DNA of 64,000 nucleotides, from IMG/VR virus record IMGVR_UViG_3300025834_000173; one strand, written 5' to 3'. The translations under genes and the position numbers were made by a program. The stretch comes from a virus. Shown here piece by piece: positions 20,392 to 30,448 of the stretch (position 1 is its first letter; each line of letters opens with the position of its first letter). A model generated the notes under the pieces. The model saw nothing but the letters and a program-made list of their open reading frames with translations. It was not told where the DNA came from and searched no databases.

Positions 20392-21621
20392 TTATACATT
20401 TAATCTTTTATTGACTAAATCGTTTATCTTTGTTATTACTTCAGTGTCTACTAATGCTGATAAATCTTTTATATCATTTAGTAATGATTTTTCATAAATC
20501 TTACTATCATAGTTTATAACTAAATCTAACCCTGTGTCCAATAAAGTATTATAGTCAAATGATAAATTATCTCCCCACAAGTTAACTATTTTAATTATTC
20601 TATTCCCACCATACTTAGTTATATTTTCTTTTAATTTAACTATACTTTCAAATGATGGAACTCCTATTACTATAGCTAAATCACATTCAACAGGTTCATC
20701 TAATACTTTAAAACTTCCTGTTTCTCTTATTAGTGATTTTATAAAACTTCTTGTATTTCCATAAACACCTACTACCTTATATCCCTCAAGTCTAGTTCTT
20801 GATACTTCTTTATATTTATCTACAGAGCCTGTATCAGAACTTCCAGAGCTACTTCCTGTTCCATCTCTTAATTCATTTTTATAATATTCTATTATATGTT
20901 CATACTTCTCTTTTTCAGCTTGTACAGCTGCTTCTTTTAATTCATTACTTAAATCTATTTTACTAGTTAAACTTGTTACAGAGTCTTTTAATTTATTTAT
21001 TTCAGCTTCTTTTTCATTTAGCAATTCTTTAGTAGCGTCCAATTTATTTCTCATTTCAGTTATCATGCTATCACTTGACTTAGCATCTCCACCGACATTT
21101 TCCAACTGTTCTCTTAATGATTTACTAGTTTCTGATAAGTCTTTATACTTATTTTTAACGAATTCCAAATCACCTTGTAATTTTAATACTCTATTTTCAC
21201 TATCTTTTAGTTGTTCAGCTAACTCATTTTTATCTACCATTAAGTTATTAATGTTAGTTTCAAGTCTACCTATCTTCTTTTCAGGTGTTTCAGAAACATT
21301 GAGTTCTTCAGCAACTTTATTCATTCTGCTTTCTCTTTGTTCTTGTTCAACTCCACTAAGTACTTCTGATAAATCTTTATCTGATTCTATCATTCCAAAC
21401 TCTTTCATACAGTTAAATAGTTTCTCTTTTATATCATCTCGTAAGTCTAGATTTAATAAATCTTGATAATCAACTGTATTTGTCTGAACAAAATATTCTA
21501 CTGGAAATTTTCCTTCGTCTAAAGCATATGTTATTTTAGATGTCATGTTAGCCATTGGCGGAAGTTCTATTAATTGTCTGCCATATTTCTTTATTTCGTG
21601 ACTTTCTAATTTATTATACAT
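20392..21621 (-). CDS. Coiled-coil protein with C-terminal alpha/beta domain
   Basis: Long heptad-rich central region; no catalytic motif recognised. Confidence 0.6.
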   Translation of the reverse strand: MYNKLESHEIKKYGRQLIELPPMANMTSKITYALDEGKFPVEYFVQTNTVDYQDLLNLDLRDDIKEKLFNCMKEFGMIESDKDLSEVLSGVEQEQRESRMNKVAEELNVSETPEKKIGRLETNINNLMVDKNELAEQLKDSENRVLKLQGDLEFVKNKYKDLSETSKSLREQLENVGGDAKSSDSMITEMRNKLDATKELLNEKEAEINKLKDSVTSLTSKIDLSNELKEAAVQAEKEKYEHIIEYYKNELRDGTGSSSGSSDTGSVDKYKEVSRTRLEGYKVVGVYGNTRSFIKSLIRETGSFKVLDEPVECDLAIVIGVPSFESIVKLKENITKYGGNRIIKIVNLWGDNLSFDYNTLLDTGLDLVINYDSKIYEKSLLNDIKDLSALVDTEVITKINDLVNKRLNV

Positions 21622-21635
21622 ATTTCCTCCTATGT

Positions 21636-22781
21636 CTATGACTTATATTCTTCAGGTATTTCTACTCTTAACATATCTGCCAATATTTTTAAGTCAGGAC
21701 CCGTTATTCTCCCAAGTATATCTTCAAATGCTAATCTCTTATTAACTATATGGTCATAAGCATTATCTACTATATGAACTGAACCTCTTATTTTATTATC
21801 TGGATTACGTAAGTTTTCTCTTATTTGTGCTATTGCTCTATTTTCTTTAATCATGTTTCTAAATACATCTGTCATCATTAATACTTCACACAATGCGACA
21901 TAATCTTTTGTTATACTACTCTTAATTAATTGTTGAGAAACTACTGCTCTAAGTACTGATGCTATTTGGGTTCTAGCCATATTCTTAGATTCATCAGGAA
22001 ATACATCAACCATACGACTTATTGCCTCTATAACACTGTTTGAGTGCAATGTACCAAATACTAAGTGACCTGTTTCAGCCATTGTCAGTGCATTACCTAT
22101 TGTTTCATAATCTCTCATTTCACCTATTAGTAATATGTCAGGGTCTTGTCTCATTGCTGCTACAACTGCATTTTCAAATGATATACAATCCTTACCCACT
22201 TCTTTTTGACTTATAAGTGCTTTCTTATCTTCATAAACATATTCTATAGGATGCTCTACTGTAATTATATGAACTGGCTGTCTTTCATTTATATCATCTA
22301 TTATTGATGCTAGTGTTGTTGACTTACCAGAACCTGTAGCCCCTACTATCAATACCATTCCCTCATTAAAATTACTAACTCTTAATACTGATGGAGGCAT
22401 TCCTAATTTTTCTAATGGTAATATTGTATCACCTAACATACGTAAAACTGTTGATACACCTTTTCTTGAGTGTGATACGTTTGCTCTAAATCTTCTTCCT
22501 TTATAAGTAAATGCTGTGTCTACTGGTTTCATTCCTTCACTAACTAATGCCATAACACCTTCTGTTGATGAATTATCATATTCTCTAAAGAAATCAACTA
22601 AGTCTACGTCAGATATTTTTAAATCTGTTAATTTAGTTATGTCACCTTTAATTCTTATTGATATTGTTTCTCTAGCGTTTGTCGTAAAATGTACATCTGA
22701 TACTTTACTCTCTATCGCTATATCCAATAGTTTACACACACTATTATTATCGCTGTCAATTTTAATTGTCATATCTTCCAA
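21636..22781 (-). CDS. pilT: Type IV pilus retraction ATPase
   Basis: SDVHF, GATGSGKSTT, HIITVEHPIEY, MRQDPD, AETGHLVFGTLH, and an AIRNLIRE-like VFRNMIKE. Confidence 0.93.
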   Translation of the reverse strand: MEDMTIKIDSDNNSVCKLLDIAIESKVSDVHFTTNARETISIRIKGDITKLTDLKISDVDLVDFFREYDNSSTEGVMALVSEGMKPVDTAFTYKGRRFRANVSHSRKGVSTVLRMLGDTILPLEKLGMPPSVLRVSNFNEGMVLIVGATGSGKSTTLASIIDDINERQPVHIITVEHPIEYVYEDKKALISQKEVGKDCISFENAVVAAMRQDPDILLIGEMRDYETIGNALTMAETGHLVFGTLHSNSVIEAISRMVDVFPDESKNMARTQIASVLRAVVSQQLIKSSITKDYVALCEVLMMTDVFRNMIKENRAIAQIRENLRNPDNKIRGSVHIVDNAYDHIVNKRLAFEDILGRITGPDLKILADMLRVEIPEEYKS

Positions 22782-22816
22782 CTCTTTTTCCTCCTGTAAT
22801 AAAAAATTACTTAATA

Positions 22817-24802
22817 CTAAATTTCCAGTATTCTTAGTAATTCTTCTTCGTATATTATCCTTGTTCCAAATCCTTCTGCTTTAGTCAATTTTGAACCAGG
22901 GTCTTCACCACAAACTAATATGTCAGTTTTAGTTGATATACTTGTTTTTACTGCTGCGCCCATTGCCTCAAGTCTTTCAGATAATTCAGTTCTCTTGAAC
23001 TTACTAAATCCTCCTGTTATTACAATTGACTTACCATTAAAATCTGTACTTTCGGTTGTTTCATATTTCCCTATATATGATAGATTAATTCCAAAATTTG
23101 AGAATGTTTCAATCATATCTAGCACGTCTTCTCTTTCAAAGAATTTATGAATTGATGTTGCTGTTTCATAACCTATTCCTTCAATTTGAACTAGGTTTAT
23201 TACTGAAGCTGTTATTAAATTACCTATGTGTTTAAAATGTTTAGCTAAATCCTTAGCTGTTCTTTTACCTACTAAGGGAATTCCTAAACCAGTTATCAAT
23301 CTTTCTAATGAACGACCTTTACTATTTTCTATTGCGTTTAATGTATTAGCTATACTTTGTAAACCCATTCCTTCGACTTCCATGAATTGTTCAGGCTGCA
23401 ATTCATAGATATTAGCATAGTTCTTAATAAAACCACCGCTGTATAATTTCTCCACAAGTTTTTCACCCATACCATCTATATCCATACAATCTTTAGATAC
23501 AAAATAACTAATTCCTCTTATAGCTTGTGCTGGACATAAGTTATTTACACATCTCTTAGCTGATTCACCACTTACTCTTATTACTTCCCCACCACATTCA
23601 GGACATATATCAGGTATCACTATTTCTTTCTCTGAACCGTCTCTAACAGTTATATCAACTCCAACTATCTCTGGAATTATGTCCCCTGCTTTTTGAACTA
23701 TTGCTATATCGCCTATTCGTAAATCTAATTCGTTTATAAAGTCCTGATTGTTTCCTGTTGCATATGTTACTGTTGAACCTGCTAATCTTAATGGCTCAAA
23801 TTTAAATCTAGGTGCTAATACTCCAGTTCTGCCAACTCTAAACTCTACATCAACTATTTTAGTTCTTCCTTGTTCGGGAGGAAATTTATAAGCTGTTGCC
23901 CACTTAGGAGCCTTAGAACCTTCACCTAATTTTCTTCTTGATTTTAAACTGTTTAATTTTATAACTGCACCGTCTACATCACATTCCATTGAATTTCTGT
24001 TTATAATCATGTTATTAACAAATCTTTGCATATCATTGAAATCCGATGTAACTATGAAATCTTTTTGTACTTTAAATCCTGCTTCGTCTAAGAAGTTTAA
24101 TAATTCCTCTTGTGTTTCTATTCCATACTCGTTAGCATCTACTATGTCATAAACGAACATGCTCAGTTCTCTTTCATCTAATATGGATGAATCTAAACTT
24201 CGCATTGTTCCAGATGCTGTATTTCTTGTATTTGCAAATAATTTTTCTCCGCGAGATTCACGTATTTTATTTAAATTCTCAAAGGCTGATTTCTTCATGT
24301 AGACTTCTCCTCTACATTTGAAATTTTCTATGCCCTCTAATTTTTTACTGAACTTTGGAACATCTTTTATTTTAAGAGCATTATGAGTTACGTTCTCACC
24401 TGTTTCTCCGTTTCCTCTTGTTGTTGCTAGGTATAATTTTCCATACCTATATCTTAACTCACAAGATAAACCATCTAGCTTGTGTTCGAAACAGTATTTA
24501 CCACTATCATCTACAGTTTTTACTATAAAATCTGCAAGTTCTCCCATTTCGAACACGTTATCTAAACTTAACATCGGAGGATTCAATTGAACCTTTTCAA
24601 ATGCGCTACTCTCCATAAATCCTACATTTATTGTAGGTGAATCCTCATGTACAATACCTGTTTTTTCTTCCAACCCTTTTAACTCTTTGTAAAGTTTATC
24701 ATATTCGTAATCACTTATCTTAGATTCATTTAAATTATAATAACTAAAACTATAATCGTTTAATAAGTTTACTAGTTCATCTATTCTTTGTTGTTCTCCC
24801 AT
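22817..24802 (-). CDS. ligA: NAD+-dependent DNA ligase
   Basis: MLSLDN, EHKLDG (active Lys), DGAVIK, AYKFP, Zn finger, HhH repeats and C-terminal BRCT. Confidence 0.97.
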   Translation of the reverse strand: MGEQQRIDELVNLLNDYSFSYYNLNESKISDYEYDKLYKELKGLEEKTGIVHEDSPTINVGFMESSAFEKVQLNPPMLSLDNVFEMGELADFIVKTVDDSGKYCFEHKLDGLSCELRYRYGKLYLATTRGNGETGENVTHNALKIKDVPKFSKKLEGIENFKCRGEVYMKKSAFENLNKIRESRGEKLFANTRNTASGTMRSLDSSILDERELSMFVYDIVDANEYGIETQEELLNFLDEAGFKVQKDFIVTSDFNDMQRFVNNMIINRNSMECDVDGAVIKLNSLKSRRKLGEGSKAPKWATAYKFPPEQGRTKIVDVEFRVGRTGVLAPRFKFEPLRLAGSTVTYATGNNQDFINELDLRIGDIAIVQKAGDIIPEIVGVDITVRDGSEKEIVIPDICPECGGEVIRVSGESAKRCVNNLCPAQAIRGISYFVSKDCMDIDGMGEKLVEKLYSGGFIKNYANIYELQPEQFMEVEGMGLQSIANTLNAIENSKGRSLERLITGLGIPLVGKRTAKDLAKHFKHIGNLITASVINLVQIEGIGYETATSIHKFFEREDVLDMIETFSNFGINLSYIGKYETTESTDFNGKSIVITGGFSKFKRTELSERLEAMGAAVKTSISTKTDILVCGEDPGSKLTKAEGFGTRIIYEEELLRILEI

Positions 24803-24922
24803 AATTTTGCGTACCTATCCTTAACAAATTTAATATTTATTTTCACAAATTATATCTACATTTTTGACACTTAATTTAGTTATTATTCATTTAAATAGTG
24901 CTAAAAAGTACCATATAATTTA

Positions 24923-26509
24923 TTAGTTTTCCAACCAAGGTTGCTCAGCATTACTCATAAATAATTCGTATGCTTTTCTACCTTCAGGCAAGCCCGTCTT
25001 TATAATATTTCCAAGTAATATTATATTTGTATAATGTGATAATCTATTTTCAGGAGGATTAAACTTACTGTCTGCATAAGCATGCACTATTTTATGACAG
25101 TTTGAACATACTGTTAATAAATTGTTATCATCATCATTTCCATGATTATGTACTGGAACAACATGATGTGTTTCAAATACTGATGTTAATTCTGGTTGAT
25201 AAAATCCTAAACCACATGATTGACATGTATGTCCATCTCTTGCTCTTATTCTATCTACAACATGTCTTGGCAACGGTTGTCTGTCTTTAGTAGTTTGCTC
25301 GTTAGCTGGCTCAAGTTGTAATGAGTTGTAATCATATGTTCCATCAGGATTTGTCTCTATATGTTTTTCTGCTTGCTCCATCTTTTCTTTATCCAATTTA
25401 GCTAGCTCCTTTTCTATTTTCTTAAACCCCTCTTTTATTGACTTCTTACCTAATATAACTTCCCCTAAAACTCCGAACTCATCCATAGTCTGAATATATT
25501 TAGCTTTTAAATAATCTCCAGGTTCCATTCCTAAAATATTTTCTATTACTTCACTTTTAAGAATAGGCTGCTTTTTTTCTATATATGCACCAAAGTCCAT
25601 TAACTCTAAAAACTTGTATCTCTTTACTCCGTTACTTATTACTTCCACATATCTTATAATATCTTTCTTTCTTGTAGTGTCTATTATACAAGGAGCTTCT
25701 TCCATTCGTAAATTCGTCATAGCTATATATCTTCTAACTCCACTAGCTATTATGTATTTACCTTTGTAAGGAATAACATGTAAGGGTTCTATTAAACCCC
25801 ACTGTTGAATTGATTTTTCAAGTTCAATCATTTCTTCCTTATCATTTTTTCTTGTTCTTGGAGGTATGAAAATATCAGCAAGCTTCAATATCTCTATGCT
25901 TAATGTTCCATTTATTTGCAATTCAATAGGATTTCCTGTGGTATCAAATAATGTTTCAGTATCTCTTTCACTTTCTGAAAGACCTACGTTATTCATTTCC
26001 TTAATTACTTTTTCAGGTGTTACATCACCTATTTGTTTCTTTGCTTCTTCCTCGTCTTGCTTCATATCTGCTAGAAGTTTTTCTAAATCTTCTAAAGGCA
26101 TATTGTTTAAATCGTCTATTTCAGGTCCATCTTCTTCTTCATACTCTTCATCGTATTCCTCATTGTCAAAGTCTTTATCTAAAACTTCTTCTGATTCAGT
26201 ATGATTTTCTTCTACTACTTCTTCTACTTGTTGTACTTCAGTAGGTTTATTGAACTTTATCTTCCCAAAGTCCATATCTCCTAAATCTACTTCTTTGTCA
26301 TCATCTTCTTCTACTTGTTCTTTTTCATCTTCGTCGTAGAACTCATGTTCTATATCAGTTCTATCTTCGAAATATGTTACTATTTCCCCATTGTTGTCAA
26401 CCAAATTTCCGTCTTCATCTTCCAATAGTTTTGATTCGTCTACTGCCTCTTCAATCTCTATACCAAGAGCCTTAAGTTGCTCTATAGACATGCTAGAAAA
26501 TCTATTCAT
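24923..26509 (-). CDS. ParB/Srx-like domain fused to a C-terminal HNH nuclease, with acidic N-terminus
   Basis: GLIEPLHV...IASGVRRYIA (ParB GxxR box); RARDGHTCQSCG...HHVVP...NLLTVCSNCH (HNH); ~150 aa D/E-rich N-terminus. Confidence 0.8.
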   Translation of the reverse strand: MNRFSSMSIEQLKALGIEIEEAVDESKLLEDEDGNLVDNNGEIVTYFEDRTDIEHEFYDEDEKEQVEEDDDKEVDLGDMDFGKIKFNKPTEVQQVEEVVEENHTESEEVLDKDFDNEEYDEEYEEEDGPEIDDLNNMPLEDLEKLLADMKQDEEEAKKQIGDVTPEKVIKEMNNVGLSESERDTETLFDTTGNPIELQINGTLSIEILKLADIFIPPRTRKNDKEEMIELEKSIQQWGLIEPLHVIPYKGKYIIASGVRRYIAMTNLRMEEAPCIIDTTRKKDIIRYVEVISNGVKRYKFLELMDFGAYIEKKQPILKSEVIENILGMEPGDYLKAKYIQTMDEFGVLGEVILGKKSIKEGFKKIEKELAKLDKEKMEQAEKHIETNPDGTYDYNSLQLEPANEQTTKDRQPLPRHVVDRIRARDGHTCQSCGLGFYQPELTSVFETHHVVPVHNHGNDDDNNLLTVCSNCHKIVHAYADSKFNPPENRLSHYTNIILLGNIIKTGLPEGRKAYELFMSNAEQPWLEN

Positions 26510-26527
26510 ATTTCACCTCGTTATAGT

Positions 26528-27430
26528 TTAACTATTTTTTCTTGTTGCTATTGCTAGCATAAATCCCTCACCCAATTCAGATGGAGATATATTATGCAAG
26601 AACATTATCTGTCCTTTATATCTATGCTCTGGTATTAGAGATACAGCTAATACGCTATAGTTAGTCAATATATATTTAAAATTTGTTTCCAAATCCAATG
26701 TTGGGTCATAATCGAAAACCTGTACTTCCAATTTATTGAGCTTTCTTCCTTGCTTACTTCCTTCAATAGCTTCGTAAATTTCTTCTATATTTTTCAGAAT
26801 CACTATTTCTATGTTTATAGGTAAGTTCTTATCTAAACGCATTTCCAAAGGTCTCAATTTTTCACCTGTTTTAAACATTACTGCTATACCCATACCTAAT
26901 GAATCTATTATATCTTCAGGTAATGACACCAAATTAGGATAATACTCAAAAACATATTTTCTTACTTGTATTTTATCGTTTACACTCTGTTTCCAAGTAC
27001 TAGGGCTACTTAATCTTGATTTCCATTTTGTATTTTCTATTGGATATCCCTTAATTCCTAAATCACTGCACATATCCTCTATTGTATGTTTTATACTTAG
27101 CAGAACATCCACTGTATCAAAATTTTGACCTCCGAATACTCCTTCGTAAAATACCTTTTCTATTTTGAACCATTCAACCAGTTCTTCCAATTTATTTCTT
27201 AGTTTTTTTCTAAATTTTACTACTTCTGTTGTTTTCTTTTTCTCTATGTACACTGTTGTTATCAAACTTCTATTTGAATCAAATATACTACATCCAGTAT
27301 GTGTTGCTTGGTCTAAGAACATATAACATGGATATTTAATTAAATGTGTACTTAAATAGTTTTTTTCTTTTACTGATTTAGTATAGGATGCATCTTTGTT
27401 TATAGTGTAATATTTTTGTGTCACTTTCAT
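26528..27430 (-). CDS. RuvC-like (RNase H fold) Holliday junction resolvase/nuclease
   Basis: FLDQATHTGCSIF, VFYEG, WK, DIIDSLGMG: an acidic catalytic pattern. Confidence 0.65.
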   Translation of the reverse strand: MKVTQKYYTINKDASYTKSVKEKNYLSTHLIKYPCYMFLDQATHTGCSIFDSNRSLITTVYIEKKKTTEVVKFRKKLRNKLEELVEWFKIEKVFYEGVFGGQNFDTVDVLLSIKHTIEDMCSDLGIKGYPIENTKWKSRLSSPSTWKQSVNDKIQVRKYVFEYYPNLVSLPEDIIDSLGMGIAVMFKTGEKLRPLEMRLDKNLPINIEIVILKNIEEIYEAIEGSKQGRKLNKLEVQVFDYDPTLDLETNFKYILTNYSVLAVSLIPEHRYKGQIMFLHNISPSELGEGFMLAIATRKNS

Positions 27431-27437
27431 ACTTCTA

Positions 27438-28103
27438 TCACATCCCTAACCCTTTTATTTCAGTAAGTATTTCTTCGTATTTTTCTCTTAAGTTGAAACT
27501 TAATACTTCTAAAGTATCTATCCTATGAGCAAACTCCACATACTTGTTTATATCTTTTTTTCTCATTTGTTTTAATCTCTTTTCAACGTCCATTTTAATT
27601 GTCTTCAAAGGCAATTCACCTTTTACACTAACTTTCTTTTGTGTCACTTCTTTATTTCCGTAATTACTAACTTTCTTCATTTCATTTTGTTTTTCTATCT
27701 TAGCAAACAATTTACTATTATCTTTCTTTATATTAGGAATTTTTACTTTAAATATATTAGCTAAATCTAATACTGATTGTATCAATGTATATTTAGGAAA
27801 ATCCCTCTTTTTATAGTTATAATGTAACTCAACTATTGTTCCAGTCCTACCACAACCGAAACAATGATATTTTTTAGTATTGTCGTAATATCTAAATGAA
27901 GGAGTTGTTTCATCATGTAATATACAACAAGTTAATGGTTTTTCCTCTAAATCTACTCTACTATCAACCATTATTCTGAAGTAATCAGGAATTTCTATTG
28001 TGTCTATTAACATCTGACGAGCTTCTTCAAATGCTTCCGAATTTATATTATTTTGGTCTAAATACTGCTCAAACGTTGCTCTCTTACTATCTGAACCCAT
28101 CAT
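27438..28103 (-). CDS. Stand-alone CHC2 zinc-finger (primase zinc-binding domain) protein
   Basis: CILHDETTPSF...YHCFGCG; no TOPRIM domain recognised. Confidence 0.82.
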   Translation of the reverse strand: MMGSDSKRATFEQYLDQNNINSEAFEEARQMLIDTIEIPDYFRIMVDSRVDLEEKPLTCCILHDETTPSFRYYDNTKKYHCFGCGRTGTIVELHYNYKKRDFPKYTLIQSVLDLANIFKVKIPNIKKDNSKLFAKIEKQNEMKKVSNYGNKEVTQKKVSVKGELPLKTIKMDVEKRLKQMRKKDINKYVEFAHRIDTLEVLSFNLREKYEEILTEIKGLGM

Positions 28104-28123
28104 AAATTACCTCCTTATCTTGT

Positions 28124-29620
28124 TTATTCATCTTCATCAACCTCTAAATCAGCAAACTCACAAACACCCAACATTGCCAACACATTTCTTGGAGGAAAAC
28201 CTGCCGAGTTTCTTGACTTAGTGCAATATATTCTTGCCATGTCTTTTGCCTTTAAATCGTCATCTGTAAATATTGTTATTGCTGTATGTGCTGATTTCAT
28301 TACTGCTGTTGAATCAGCTGCTCCGACTATTGTTTCATTACTATTCTTCAGCAAACCTTTTATAGCTTCTTTTGTTAACTGATGAGGTAATAATATCAAT
28401 AACCCCTTACCTCTATATGATTGTGCCATCGTCTCAAGTTTAGGCATCAAGTTTGTCAATGTATCTGTAATATTTATATATTTTCTACTTTGAACTAATG
28501 AGGTATGGTCTATACATATCCAATCAAATTCAAAACCATCTCCATCTCTATTATCCCAAATGGCATCTAGAATTCCTTCTATTTCATCATCGTATAAAGG
28601 AGACGGAATTAATTTTAATTTTCCGTATTCCTCATTATGATACAAGTCATATGTTGCTGCTTGTACTGCATCTGCTCTATCAGATTCATATGTTTTACCG
28701 AATACTGCATCTGCATCTACGTCTAATATTCCGAACTTATTAGCTAAATGTTTAGCTATGAACAATGCTTCAGTTCTTTCTAGCTTGCTCTCTAGTGCAA
28801 AGTATAATCCACTGTGTCCATTTACAAGTGCGTTATAAGCTATATTAACGTTTAATCTTGTTTTACCTCCTCCAGGAGGTCCCAATGTTACAACAACTTC
28901 GTTTCGTAAAAATCCACCCAATCTTTCATCAATAAATTCCATACCAGTATAAGATATTTTTTCAAGTCTCATAGGGTCTTTCTGTCTTTCCAAGTAATCT
29001 GCATAACCTTCTTTTGAAATTGTTATAGTTGGTATCTTTTGTTCTTCAAATTCAGATGTTCTTAATATCTCAGCTGCTTTTTTATTATAATATTCATATG
29101 AATCTTTTGGTCCTTGCAAAAATGTTTTACCTATTTGCAACCCCTCAGTTGTTATTTTAAATGCCTTAGCATATAAATCTCTAAACTGTTCAGAGGCCCA
29201 TTCTTGTAAATATAAATATAAGTTATATTTAAATCTATTTGATTCAACTGTCATTTGCTGTAACTCTTCATATCTTGTACAACATAACTCTATAAATTCT
29301 TCCTTAACCATCTGTAAGTCATTTTCATCTGATGCAAAGTCAGTAACTATAACATTAGGTGATTTTAATAACTTCTCTATATTTGAAATCATTATCTGAT
29401 TAAAGTGCTTTGAATTAAGTATTACGTTAAATCTTTTTGCATCTTTTATTGCTTGGAATATTGCAAAGTATTCATTCGTAAATATGTTCTGAGATAATGA
29501 GCCGAATAATGAATTTATATTTCCCATCACTTCTTTTGCTGTTTCATTATCCAAATCGTCAGGTGCTATAATTGACGCAAATATCTCATTTTCTGTTATT
29601 ACTGTATTTTCTAAACCCAT
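28124..29620 (-). CDS. DnaB-like replicative helicase
   Basis: Probable start MGLENT (ATG at 29620, RBS GGAG). GMEFIDERLGGF, GPPGGGKT, FALE, CIDH, PHQL, KSRN motifs. Confidence 0.82.
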   Translation of the reverse strand: MGLENTVITENEIFASIIAPDDLDNETAKEVMGNINSLFGSLSQNIFTNEYFAIFQAIKDAKRFNVILNSKHFNQIMISNIEKLLKSPNVIVTDFASDENDLQMVKEEFIELCCTRYEELQQMTVESNRFKYNLYLYLQEWASEQFRDLYAKAFKITTEGLQIGKTFLQGPKDSYEYYNKKAAEILRTSEFEEQKIPTITISKEGYADYLERQKDPMRLEKISYTGMEFIDERLGGFLRNEVVVTLGPPGGGKTRLNVNIAYNALVNGHSGLYFALESKLERTEALFIAKHLANKFGILDVDADAVFGKTYESDRADAVQAATYDLYHNEEYGKLKLIPSPLYDDEIEGILDAIWDNRDGDGFEFDWICIDHTSLVQSRKYINITDTLTNLMPKLETMAQSYRGKGLLILLPHQLTKEAIKGLLKNSNETIVGAADSTAVMKSAHTAITIFTDDDLKAKDMARIYCTKSRNSAGFPPRNVLAMLGVCEFADLEVDEDE

Positions 29621-29624
29621 TATC

Positions 29625-30419
29625 TCAACTCCAGTTTTTCTTAGTATTAGTATTCTTCTCAGTCTTCTTGAATAAGAAAGGTGCTTCAACTACTCTTAAT
29701 CTATCATAGTCTACTCTACTTTCTCCGTAGTTTCCTTTTATTATGAATTCGGTTATATAAGGGTCGATTTTTTCTAAATAACTTAATCCACTTCTAGTAA
29801 CTACAAATGTAGGTAAACCGTTTCGTGCTCTTCTGTCTACTATAACTTTTATTCCTTGCATACTCACTTTTGAATCTGTATATCCTGTTGAATGCTTTAT
29901 AAAACATATATCTGCATTCTCTAATTTGTTTACTATGCCATCATTCTGTTCCCAATAATTATAAATCATTCCGTATATTTTTAAAGAATCTAAATATGGT
30001 GCTATTGTCTTTCCTATCTTTAAAGCCGATTCTAAACATGCGTAAACTAAGTGATTCTTACCCATATTTTGAGGTGAGCTTATAAATAAACTATAATTTG
30101 ATTTATTCCCTATTACCATCATACTATATAGTTTCTGCATAGTATTTAAGAAATTTATAACTTCAGGATTTTTCTTATACTCTGGAGGTAATAAGTTACT
30201 ATTCAAAACTAATTTCATGTCGTAAGTGGTATTTCTGTACTGTTCAGGAACATACTTGTCTATCTTTCCTTCAAATACTATTTCATCAATTAACTCAGGT
30301 AATTTGTTTCTTTTACATTCGCAATCAACTATTTTACCGTTTTTCTTAACTTTTCCGATATCTCTACAAATATCACATTTGTATTCTTTTTTATTTAGTC
30401 CGAAATCTTCTTGTCCCAC
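29625..30419 (-). CDS. DnaC/DnaI-like helicase loader (degenerate AAA+)
   Basis: N-terminal CDIC...CEC zinc motif, SPQNMGKNH Walker A-like, DRRARNGLPTFVVT; adjacent to the helicase. Confidence 0.6.
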   Translation of the reverse strand: MGQEDFGLNKKEYKCDICRDIGKVKKNGKIVDCECKRNKLPELIDEIVFEGKIDKYVPEQYRNTTYDMKLVLNSNLLPPEYKKNPEVINFLNTMQKLYSMMVIGNKSNYSLFISSPQNMGKNHLVYACLESALKIGKTIAPYLDSLKIYGMIYNYWEQNDGIVNKLENADICFIKHSTGYTDSKVSMQGIKVIVDRRARNGLPTFVVTRSGLSYLEKIDPYITEFIIKGNYGESRVDYDRLRVVEAPFLFKKTEKNTNTKKNWS

Positions 30420-30448
30420 CGTTTTCCTCCGTTTTCCTCTGCTTTATT

